Shown here: one piece after another, positions 24,544 to 31,554 of the stretch
Layout of the letters: each line of letters opens with the position of its first letter
Numbering within the stretch: the first letter of the stretch is position 1
NCBI GenBank assembly: GCA_902774165.1
Contig: CACYHJ010000001.1
Span: 1 to 31,554 of the forward strand
DNA: 31,554 bases
From: Oscillospiraceae bacterium
GTDB taxonomy: Bacteria > Bacillota > Clostridia > Oscillospirales > Acutalibacteraceae
Direction: 5' to 3'
Notes under the pieces: generated by a model
The model's input: the letters and a program-made list of their open reading frames with translations, nothing else
Databases searched by the model: none
Told to the model about the DNA's origin: nothing
Program-made: the position numbers and the translations under genes

Positions 24544-24576
24544 CAATTATCCATTATCCATTGTCCATTGTTCATT
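24544..24576. repeat. Heptamer micro-array CCATTRT at the hisA stop
   Basis: CAATTAT, CCATTAT, CCATTGT, CCATTGT, then TCATT containing the hisA stop codon. Confidence 0.8.
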
Positions 24577-25288
24577 TGTCATTGACTGCCGCGATCGCGG
24601 CAGTCAATGACAGGTCTCCCGTATAAAGGGCTTTCCCGAGGATCGCGCCGTAAAGGCCCATTTCCCGCAGGGCTTTGATATCTTCAAGCGTCGAAACGCC
24701 GCCGGAGGCGGTGATATCCACGGAATATTTCGAAGAAAGATCCCGGTACATCTCCACGTTCGTTCCGGAGAGCAGCCCGTCCTTGGAAATATCGGTGCAG
24801 ATCACGGTCTTTACGCCCAGCGCTTCCAGACGGTCGAAAAATTCATACACGCCGAGGCCCGAATCGCTGCGCCAACCCTTAATGGAGACGTTTCCGTCCC
24901 GGAGATCCGCGCCGACGGCGATCTTTTCGCCGTACTTCTTCACGGCGGCTTCCAGGAATTCCGGTTCCGTCACCGCGGCGGTGCCGACGATCACCCGGAA
25001 CACGCCCGCGCTCAGGTATTTTTCCACCGTCTTCATATCGCGCACGCCGCCGCCGATCTCTACCTTCAAGGTCGTTTTTTCAACGATTTCCTTTACCGTG
25101 TCGAAATTCGGCGTCCCGCCGTCCCGCGCGCCCTCCAGATCCACCGCGTGCAGGTATTCCGCGCCCGCTTGCTGAAACCGCAGCGCGAAATCCAGCGGGT
25201 TGCCGTAGACCGTCATTTTGTCATAATCGCCCTTCACAAGGCGCACCGCCCTGCCCGCGATGATATCCGTTGCTGGAAATATAATCAT
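24572..25288 (-). CDS. hisA: ProFAR isomerase
   Basis: MIIFPA.DII.G.AVRLVKGDY, LHAVDLEGA, EIGGGVR, TDISKDG.LSG.N, ASGGVS. ATG at 25288 with GGAG RBS. Confidence 0.96.
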   Translation of the reverse strand: MIIFPATDIIAGRAVRLVKGDYDKMTVYGNPLDFALRFQQAGAEYLHAVDLEGARDGGTPNFDTVKEIVEKTTLKVEIGGGVRDMKTVEKYLSAGVFRVIVGTAAVTEPEFLEAAVKKYGEKIAVGADLRDGNVSIKGWRSDSGLGVYEFFDRLEALGVKTVICTDISKDGLLSGTNVEMYRDLSSKYSVDITASGGVSTLEDIKALREMGLYGAILGKALYTGDLSLTAAIAAVNDK

Positions 25289-25321
25289 TCCTTCGTCTCC
25301 TTGCTGCATATTTGACAGGGA

Positions 25322-25405
25322 GAATATGAAATAAGAAATGTGAAATGTGAGATGTAATTCAGACACCGCAGTTTACTGTTCACTGTTCACATTTCACTGT
25401 TCACT
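25322..25405. repeat. Inverted pair of heptamer arrays in the hisH-hisA spacer
   Basis: GAAATAA/GAAATGT/GAAATGT/GAGATGT (25328-25355) and TACTGTT/CACTGTT/CACATTT/CACTGTT/CACT (25374-25405). By my alignment the arms are reverse-complementary at 17/22 positions. Confidence 0.85.
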
Positions 25406-26021
25406 CTATCTCCGTAAACGCCTTCAAAATCCTGAGCCCCACGCTTCCGCTCTTCTCCGGGTGGAACTGGGTGCCGAAGACGTTTCCGCGCTCCACCGAG
25501 GCGGTGAGCAGTGCGCCGTATTCCGTCAGCGCCGAGACGGACTCGTCGCAGTCCGCGCCGTAATAGGAATGGACGAAATAAACGCAGTCGCCTTCGTCGA
25601 TATACCGATACAGCGCCGATCTTTCCCGGTTTTTCGGGAAGATCAGCCCGTTCCAGCCGATATGCGGGATCTTGAGCTCGTCCGGGATCACGCCCTTCAT
25701 CGGACGTACCGCGCCCGCGATCAGCCCGAGCCCTGCGTGCTCGCCGTATTCATAGCTTTTTTCAAACAGCATCTGCATCCCCAGGCAGATGCCCAGAAGC
25801 GGCTTTCCCTTCTCCGTTTCGCGGATCACGACCCGGTCAAGGCCGGAATCGCGCAGCTTTCTCGCCGCGTCCTCAAAGGCTCCCACGCCGGGGAGGATGA
25901 TCCGCTCGCTTTCGGCGATCACGTCCGGGTCGCCGGTTACGACCGCCTCGCAGCCGATGGCGGCAAAGGAGCTTTTCAGCGAGAACAGATTGCCCACGCC
26001 GTAGTCGATGATCGCGGTCAT
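25401..26021 (-). CDS. hisH: Imidazole glycerol phosphate synthase, glutaminase subunit
   Basis: IIDYGVGNL, ILPGVGAF, LGICLGMQ, PHIGWN, YFVHSY, TQFHPEKS. Confidence 0.97.
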   Translation of the reverse strand: MTAIIDYGVGNLFSLKSSFAAIGCEAVVTGDPDVIAESERIILPGVGAFEDAARKLRDSGLDRVVIRETEKGKPLLGICLGMQMLFEKSYEYGEHAGLGLIAGAVRPMKGVIPDELKIPHIGWNGLIFPKNRERSALYRYIDEGDCVYFVHSYYGADCDESVSALTEYGALLTASVERGNVFGTQFHPEKSGSVGLRILKAFTEIE

Positions 26022-26609
26022 TTACAGCACTCCTTTTGACGAGGGGACCTCGCCCGCCAGCGCGGGATCGAGCGTCGCGGCCTTTGCAAGCGCGCGGGCG
26101 AAGGCCTTGAACGCGCCCTCAATGATGTGGTGGCTGTTCACGCCGTCCAGCTGCCGCAGATGCAGGGTGATATTCGCGTTTCGCACGAAGCTCTGAAAGA
26201 ATTCCTCCGTCAGCTCGGTGTCGAATTCGCCCACCTTCTGCGCCGGAATTTCGAGATTGTACCGCAGACAGCCTCTGCCGGAGAGGTCGACGGCGCAAAG
26301 GATCAGCGTTTCGTCCATGGGCAGAAGGATATCCCCGTAGCGGGTCACGCCCTTCATATCGCCCAGCGCTTCGGCAAAGCATTTGCCCAGACAGATGGCG
26401 ATATCCTCCACACTGTGGTGCGCATCCACCTGCGTGTCGCCCGCGCATTTCACGGTCAGATCGAATCTGCCGTGGTGGGCAAAGAGCGTGAGCATATGGT
26501 CGAAAAAGCCAACGCCGGTGTCGATCTCCGCTTTGCCGGTGCCGTCAAGGTTCAAAGACAGAAAAATATCCGTCTCCTTCGTCGTGCGTTTGATTTGCGC
26601 CGTTCTCAT
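26022..26609 (-). CDS. hisB: Imidazoleglycerol-phosphate dehydratase (monofunctional)
   Basis: RTTKETDI, FFDHML, DAHHSVED, NSHHIIEGAFK, PSSKGVL; no N-terminal phosphatase domain. Confidence 0.97.
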   Translation of the reverse strand: MRTAQIKRTTKETDIFLSLNLDGTGKAEIDTGVGFFDHMLTLFAHHGRFDLTVKCAGDTQVDAHHSVEDIAICLGKCFAEALGDMKGVTRYGDILLPMDETLILCAVDLSGRGCLRYNLEIPAQKVGEFDTELTEEFFQSFVRNANITLHLRQLDGVNSHHIIEGAFKAFARALAKAATLDPALAGEVPSSKGVL

Positions 26610-26614
26610 AAAAA

Positions 26615-27676
26615 TCAGTCCAGACTGTTTAAAATTTCTTTGATCTTATCAATCAGGGTCTCCATCTGCTCGGGGGTGCCGACCGTGATGCGGATATATT
26701 CGCGGATCCGCTCCCCGCCCAGGTGCCGCACGAGAATTCCCCGCGAACGCAGCGCTTCATACAGCGTTTTGCCTGAAATCCTTTCGTGCTTCGTAAAAAT
26801 GAAATTGCCTTTGGAATCCGTCGCCTCGAAGCCGAGCGCTGTCAGCGCCGCCCGGGTTTTATCGCGCGTTTCGGCAACCAGCGCGTCCTTTTCGTCATAG
26901 TAAGCCTGCGCATCCAGCGCGGCCGCAGCGGCGACGAGAGAAAGACGGTTGATGTTATAGGGATTCGTGCAGTATTTGATCTTCTCCAGATCCCGGATCA
27001 ACGCCGCGTCGCCGAAGGCGAAACCCACGCGCGCGCCGGCGAGGGCGCGGCTTTTGGAAAACGTGCCGATTACAAGCACGTTGTCATATTTCTTAATCAG
27101 GGGAACGGCGCTCTCGCCGCCGAAATCCACATACGCCTCGTCCACCATCACGACATTGTCGGGATTGCTCCGGACAATCCGCTCGATCTCCGAAACCGGC
27201 AGGAGCAGTCCCGTCGGGGAGTTCGGGTTTGTGATCAGGATCGCTTTGTTTTTGCCGAAATAGTCTTCGGCGGAAACCGAAAAATCATCCTTCAGGGGGA
27301 CCGTCTCCGGCTCGACGCCGTAAAGCCGGGCATAGACCGGGTAAAATCCGTATGAAATATCGGGGAACGCAACCCCCTTGCGGCAATATGCCGCGAACGC
27401 GAAGTTCAGCACCTCGTCGGAGCCGTTGCCGACGAACACATTCTCTGGCTGCACGCCGTATTGCGCCGCAAGCTTCTCTTTGAGAATCCTGCAGGTCGGA
27501 TCGGAATACAGCCGCAGCTTGCCGACCTCCGCCGCGCTGACGGCGGCGATCACCTCCGGCGCGGGCGGAAAGGGAAACTCATTCGTGTTCAGCTTGATAA
27601 ATTTTCTTTCCTGCGGCTGTTCTCCCGGAACGTATTCTTCAAGCTTTCCGAGGCAGGAATCAATAAATTTGCTCAT
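26615..27676 (-). CDS. hisC: Histidinol-phosphate aminotransferase
   Basis: YVPGEQP, KLNTNE.P, GNGSDE, NPNSPTG, VDEAY.DF, GTFSKSRALAGARVG (PLP lysine). Confidence 0.96.
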   Translation of the reverse strand: MSKFIDSCLGKLEEYVPGEQPQERKFIKLNTNEFPFPPAPEVIAAVSAAEVGKLRLYSDPTCRILKEKLAAQYGVQPENVFVGNGSDEVLNFAFAAYCRKGVAFPDISYGFYPVYARLYGVEPETVPLKDDFSVSAEDYFGKNKAILITNPNSPTGLLLPVSEIERIVRSNPDNVVMVDEAYVDFGGESAVPLIKKYDNVLVIGTFSKSRALAGARVGFAFGDAALIRDLEKIKYCTNPYNINRLSLVAAAAALDAQAYYDEKDALVAETRDKTRAALTALGFEATDSKGNFIFTKHERISGKTLYEALRSRGILVRHLGGERIREYIRITVGTPEQMETLIDKIKEILNSLD

Positions 27677-27725
27677 GAAAAGATCTCCAATGCAGTAACA
27701 ATTGTATTCCGGATACGGTGAAGCC

Positions 27726-29012
27726 TTATTCCTTCTCTTCGGCGGAGCGCCGCTGCGTTACCGAGCGCGCGTGGGCGTGCAGGCCTTCCTTGTCCGCGAA
27801 GGCGGCAACGTCGTCCGTCACCGCCGCCAGCGCGTCGGCGGTATAATAGGTAAAGGAATATTTCTTCACATAGTCGTCCACGGAAAGGGGACTTGAAAAC
27901 CGCGCGGTGCCTCCGGTGGGCAGTGTGTGGTTGGGGCCCGCGAAATAGTCGCCCAGCGCTTCGGGACAGCTTCTGCCGAGGAAAACGCTGCCGGCGTTGC
28001 GGATCTGATTCAGCACGTCGAAGGGCGCGTCGGTACAGATCTCCAGATGCTCCGGCGCGATCTCGTTGGCGATCTCGATCGCCTTGTCGAGGCTTTCCGC
28101 CACGATGATCTTGCCGTTGTTCTCGATGCTTTCGCGGGCGATCTCCTCTCTGGGAAGAATCGCAAGCTGCCACTCCAGCTCTTCGGCGGTCTTCTGCGCA
28201 AGCGCCATGCTGTCGGTCACCAGCACCGCGGACGCCATCTTGTCGTGCTCCGCCTGAGAGAGCATGTCCGCCGCCACAAGGCGCGGGTCGCTCTTGCCGT
28301 CGGCGACGATCAGGATCTCGCTGGGGCCGGCGATCATGTCGATGCCGCACACGCCGAAGACCTGCTTTTTCGCCTCCGCCACGTAGGCGTTGCCGGGGCC
28401 CATGATCTTGTCGGCGCGGGGGATGGTCTCGGTGCCGTAGGCCAGCGCGGCGATTGCCTGCGCGCCCCCGACCTTGAAGATCCGGTCCACGCCCGCCACC
28501 TTTGCGGCGGCGACGATCTCCGGCTTGAGGCCTCCGTCCTTCGCGGGCGGGGTGACCATCAGGATATTCCTGACGCCCGCGATCTTCGCGGGGATCACGT
28601 TCATCAGCACGGAGGACGGATAGCTCGCCGTTCCGCCGGGCACGTAAAGCCCCACGGTTTCCAGCGGCAGGATCTTCTGTCCCAGCACCACGCCGTCCTT
28701 TTCGTTGATGACGAAGCCGGTGCGCACCTGCTTTTCGTGGAACGCGCGGATGTTCGCCGCCGCCCGTTCCAGCACGGCGATAAACTCAGGCTCCACGCTC
28801 GCGACCGTGTTTTCGATCTCCTGCGCCGAAGCCTCGAGGGAATCCAGCTTCACCTTGTCGAACTTTTCACTGTATTCATACAGCGCCGCGTCGCCTTTCG
28901 CGCGCACGTCCGCGATCACGCCCGCCACGACGCCGCTCACGTCCGCGGCGGCGGTGCCTCTGGCGAAGATCTCGGCATTGTCGATCTCGCCGTATTGACA
29001 GATCCGGATCAT
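27726..29012 (-). CDS. hisD: Histidinol dehydrogenase
   Basis: GLYVPGG.ASYPSSVLM, GGAQAIAALAYGT, GPGN.YV, DMIAGPSE, SQAEHD, APEHLE, GDY.AGPNHTLPT. ATG at 29012. Confidence 0.97.
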   Translation of the reverse strand: MIRICQYGEIDNAEIFARGTAAADVSGVVAGVIADVRAKGDAALYEYSEKFDKVKLDSLEASAQEIENTVASVEPEFIAVLERAAANIRAFHEKQVRTGFVINEKDGVVLGQKILPLETVGLYVPGGTASYPSSVLMNVIPAKIAGVRNILMVTPPAKDGGLKPEIVAAAKVAGVDRIFKVGGAQAIAALAYGTETIPRADKIMGPGNAYVAEAKKQVFGVCGIDMIAGPSEILIVADGKSDPRLVAADMLSQAEHDKMASAVLVTDSMALAQKTAEELEWQLAILPREEIARESIENNGKIIVAESLDKAIEIANEIAPEHLEICTDAPFDVLNQIRNAGSVFLGRSCPEALGDYFAGPNHTLPTGGTARFSSPLSVDDYVKKYSFTYYTADALAAVTDDVAAFADKEGLHAHARSVTQRRSAEEKE

Positions 29013-29063
29013 TTCACTCACCCCTAAAATTCATTTTACACTAATTCCTTACATAATTCAAGT

Positions 29064-29687
29064 TTATTTCCGGCATATCTCCCCGAGACGCGCCCGCAGC
29101 TCCTCGATCTCGCCGTGCTTGAACTTGAAGCTCACCTTATTGGAGATCAGCCGCGCGCTGATGGGGAAGATCGTCTCCAGCGGCTGAAGGTCGTTTTCCA
29201 GCAGCGTGGTGCCGGTCTCGACGATATCCACGATCACGTCGGAAAGGCCGAGGATCGGCGCGATCTCGATGGAGCCGTTGAGCTTGATGATATCAATTTC
29301 CCGGCTCTGCTGCGCGTAATACTCCCGCGCGATATGCGGGAACTTCGTCGCCACGCGCAAAACCCGCTCCCGGTCGTCGTAAAAATCTTTTTTTCCCGCC
29401 ACGCACATGCGGCATTTGCCGATGTCCAGATCCAGAAGCTCGTAGATATCCGGGTTATATTCCAACAGGATGTCCTTGCCGGCGACGCCGATATCCGCCG
29501 CGCCCCGCTCCACGTAAATCGCCACGTCGGAGGGCTTGACCCAGAAATAGCGCACGCCGTTTTCCTCGGACTCGAAGATCAGCTTGCGGTTCGTCTCCCT
29601 GATGGAGGGGCATTCCTTGCCCGCTTTTTCAAACATGGCGTAGACTTTTTCGCCCAGTCTGCCCTTGGGCAGCGCGACGTTAAGCAT
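29064..29687 (-). CDS. hisG: ATP phosphoribosyltransferase, short form
   Basis: MLNVALPKGRL, KPSDV..YVE.G.ADIG..GKD, VATKFP, LNGSIE.AP.LGLSDVIVDIVETGTTL.EN.L. 207 aa, lacks the C-terminal regulatory domain. Confidence 0.96.
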   Translation of the reverse strand: MLNVALPKGRLGEKVYAMFEKAGKECPSIRETNRKLIFESEENGVRYFWVKPSDVAIYVERGAADIGVAGKDILLEYNPDIYELLDLDIGKCRMCVAGKKDFYDDRERVLRVATKFPHIAREYYAQQSREIDIIKLNGSIEIAPILGLSDVIVDIVETGTTLLENDLQPLETIFPISARLISNKVSFKFKHGEIEELRARLGEICRK

Positions 29688-30792
29688 CAGCGGCGCCCCC
29701 CTTTCCTCTGAGATCAACGGTCCCGGCGGCGTTCACACCGCCGTCGCTGCCCCGCTGCACGCGGACCCTTCTGCCTTCGGCGATCAGCGCGTCTCTTTTT
29801 TCGACGATCTGAGATACGGGGGTCCCGTCGTCGTACAGGATCAGCGCGTCCGCGTCCCGCCGGTCCGCCGGGGCGCGAAGCTGCTCCAGAAGATCCAGAT
29901 ATACCGCGAAGCCGATCGCCCGGCCGCGCCGGTCCATTTTGGCAAGCAGGCTGTCGTAGCTGCCGCCCGCCAGCACGCCCTGGGGAATGCCGTTGATATA
30001 ACCGCGGAAGATCACGCCGTTATAATAATTCATATCGTTGACGATGGAGAAATCCACGTTTACGTTTTTTTCAAGGCCGGACTGCTCCAGCACCGCGAGA
30101 AGCCCCCGCAGTTGGGCGACGGCGGCGTCGGTTTCGGCGCTGACGCTGAGAGAATCCAGCGCGTCGAGGGCGTCGCGAAGCGGCAGATAAAGCCCCGCCA
30201 GCGCAGTGAGCCGGTTTTTGTTCTCCTCCGAAATACCGTTTTCGGCGCAGATCAGCTCGATATAGGGCGCGTTCTTCTCCGCGATCGCCGTCAGAAGCGC
30301 GGCGTTGACCGCCTCCGGCGCGCCGATATGGGCAAGCAGACCGCCGATGAAGCCCATGTGGGACAGATCGAGGATCCGGTCCGCGCTGACGAGGTCGAGG
30401 CTCTTCGCCGCCAGCGTCACCACCTCGGCGATATCGTAAAAGCCCAGATCGCCCACGCATTCAAGGCCCGTTTGGTTGATTTCCCGGAACTCGCCGCCGT
30501 TCTCGGCGCGGTAGACCTTTTCGTTATAATACACCTTCTGCGACACGCCGGGGGCGTACCGGGCGTTTTTGACGATGGAAAGGGTCACGTCCGGCTTGAG
30601 CGCCATCAGGCGGCCGCCCGGCTCGGTGAAGGTGATGATATTGCCGCTGACAAGAAAGCTCTTGTTGCGTGCGTAGAAATCATATTCCTCGAACTTGCTC
30701 ATGCGGAAATGGCGGTAGCCGTACTGCTTGTACAGCGCGCAGAGCGACCGCGCCGCCGCTTCGGGGGATGGAACGTTGTTTTCGGGTGACAT
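29680..30792 (-). CDS. hisZ: ATP phosphoribosyltransferase regulatory subunit
   Basis: HisRS-like motifs (LKPDVTLSI, EINQTGLE, MNYYNGVIF.GY, GG.YD.L, AIGFA). First gene of the operon, paired with short hisG. ATG at 30792 with GGAGG RBS. Confidence 0.93.
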   Translation of the reverse strand: MSPENNVPSPEAAARSLCALYKQYGYRHFRMSKFEEYDFYARNKSFLVSGNIITFTEPGGRLMALKPDVTLSIVKNARYAPGVSQKVYYNEKVYRAENGGEFREINQTGLECVGDLGFYDIAEVVTLAAKSLDLVSADRILDLSHMGFIGGLLAHIGAPEAVNAALLTAIAEKNAPYIELICAENGISEENKNRLTALAGLYLPLRDALDALDSLSVSAETDAAVAQLRGLLAVLEQSGLEKNVNVDFSIVNDMNYYNGVIFRGYINGIPQGVLAGGSYDSLLAKMDRRGRAIGFAVYLDLLEQLRAPADRRDADALILYDDGTPVSQIVEKRDALIAEGRRVRVQRGSDGGVNAAGTVDLRGKGGAADA

Positions 30793-30813
30793 AAGCGCCT
30801 CCGTATTTTCGTG

Positions 30814-31070
30814 ATTCGTGATTGCCGCGTTTAGAAAACAGTCCGGTGGACTGTTTTTAGCGGCAACCGCCGAAGCTATGCTTCGCGGGGTGCGGTTGGG
30901 CACACATTCGTGATTGCCGCGTTAAGAAAACAGTCCGGTGGACTGTTTTTAGCGGCAACCGCCGAAGCTATGCTTCGCGGGGTGCGGTTGGGTACACATT
31001 CGGTGGACTGTTTTTAGCGGCAACCGCCGAAGCTATGCTTCGCGGGGTGCGGTTGGGTACACATTCGTGA
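30814..31070. repeat. Tandem array of a 92-bp double-hairpin (REP-like) unit in the his leader
   Basis: Copy 1 at 30814-30905 and copy 2 at 30906-30997 (2 mismatches). Copy 3 at 30998-31062 has a 27-bp internal deletion; partial copy 4 at 31063-31070. Confidence 0.95.
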
Positions 31071-31092
31071 CTCGCGTCCCGGGACTCATATA

Positions 31093-31121
31093 ATAATACA
31101 CTACTTTAGTGTGGTAGTCAA
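31093..31121 (-). promoter_or_regulatory. Sigma-A promoter of the his operon
   Basis: TTGACT-N17-TATTAT on the minus strand. Confidence 0.8.
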
Positions 31122-31124
31122 GTA
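31098..31124. promoter_or_regulatory. Possible repressor operator (HisR-like) inside the his promoter
   Basis: ACACTA-CTT-TAGTGT palindrome (31098-31112) overlapping a TACTTTAGTG half-site in the -35/-10 spacer. The resemblance to the Firmicutes HisR box is from memory and good for one half only. Confidence 0.4.
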
Positions 31125-31383
31125 AAGCGGTTTTCTTTTCAGCAGAATATTTTGATGAAGCGCGATAATTTTTCAAAACGGATCGACGGAGGCCCGGCTT
31201 TTTCCATCCTCGGCGTCCTTTTCGGATTATATCAAATTTCAAAGAAGAATTCAATGCCGTCAGAGATTTGATTTCCGTTCGGAAAGACCGGGCAAACCGG
31301 CAAAGCACGGCGGATGTGCGCAAATAAAACCGTGGAATCATCGGTTTGATTATCTCTCCGGATAGGTCGCATATGATTATTGC

Positions 31384-31488
31384 GCACATTTTATAAGGGA
31401 ATATTAACAGCGTTTGCACATTTTATGAGGGAATATCAGCGGAGTTTACACATTTCATGAGGGAATCATTGCCGCAGCCGCACATTTT
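31384..31488. repeat. 32-bp-period direct-repeat (iteron-like) array
   Basis: GCACATTTTATAAGGGAATA (31384), GCACATTTTATGAGGGAATA (31416), ACACATTTCATGAGGGAATC (31448) and GCACATTTT (31480), with 12-bp variable spacers. Confidence 0.9.
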
Positions 31489-31554
31489 TCGTTTTCGGCG
31501 GCGCGGCGGCTGAATATGGCGTCTGAGTCCGCGGCTCCGTTTCTATTGATTCCC

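Noticed and set aside
30814-31070. CRISPR array
   Set aside because: The units are contiguous near-identical 92-bp copies with no unique spacers, and no cas genes are present.
30793-31092. T-box riboswitch or His-rich attenuator peptide upstream of hisZ
   Set aside because: No GGTGGNACCGCG T-box motif on the minus strand, and the short leader ORF MSPGTRVTNVYPTAPREA has no His codons.
31290-31335. c-di-GMP-I riboswitch-like GGCAAACC...CGCAAA words
   Set aside because: The P2 stem with its GNRA loop and the downstream P3/receptor elements cannot be built by eye. An Infernal search with RF01051 would settle it.
31033-31419. 128-aa minus-strand ORF
   Set aside because: It has no RBS or recognisable domain and runs through the his promoter and into the repeat array, so it is probably spurious.
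31384-31488. Mini-CRISPR
   Set aside because: The 20-bp boxes are degenerate and the spacers are only 12 bp, far below CRISPR spacer length.
1-31554. Prophage, ICE or IS element
   Set aside because: No integrase, transposase, relaxase, phage structural gene or att-like long direct repeat was seen in the window.

Overview
High-GC chromosomal segment, most likely from a gut or rumen Clostridia-class bacterium (Oscillospirales-like). This is inferred from sigma-A promoters with 17-bp spacers, Shine-Dalgarno sites, dockerin/cohesin proteins and a hisZ plus short-hisG operon. I see no transposase, integrase, phage gene, rRNA, tRNA or CRISPR array. Left to right: (i) a six-gene minus-strand operon of small genes (DUF2200, DUF1905, acylphosphatase, DUF4406/NDT-like, C4 zinc ribbon, an AT-richer RlmJ-like orphan); (ii) a lipoprotein, a DEP-motif TIM-barrel glycosidase-like protein, an XRE-desulfoferrodoxin fusion regulator, and a GH42 beta-galactosidase coupled to an AlkD-family gene divergent from a Sir2 deacylase; (iii) a secreted dockerin-cohesin-LRR-dockerin-cohesin protein with a decayed dockerin relic upstream, a membrane protein and a Cthe_2159-type lipoprotein; (iv) a compact GH127-like/alpha-toroid operon, a Gfo/Idh/MocA oxidoreductase, a stand-alone TipAS domain, another alpha-toroid protein and an MBL-fold hydrolase; (v) a hisZGDCBHAF(IE) operon lacking a histidinol-phosphatase. 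The most unusual signals are non-coding: 7-bp-period micro-arrays at several gene ends (some as inverted pairs, some next to long hairpins), a 92-bp double-hairpin tandem array filling the his 5' leader, and a 32-bp-period iteron-like array at the right edge. Start codons were re-picked from RBS positions. All family assignments come from motif recognition by eye, not database searches.
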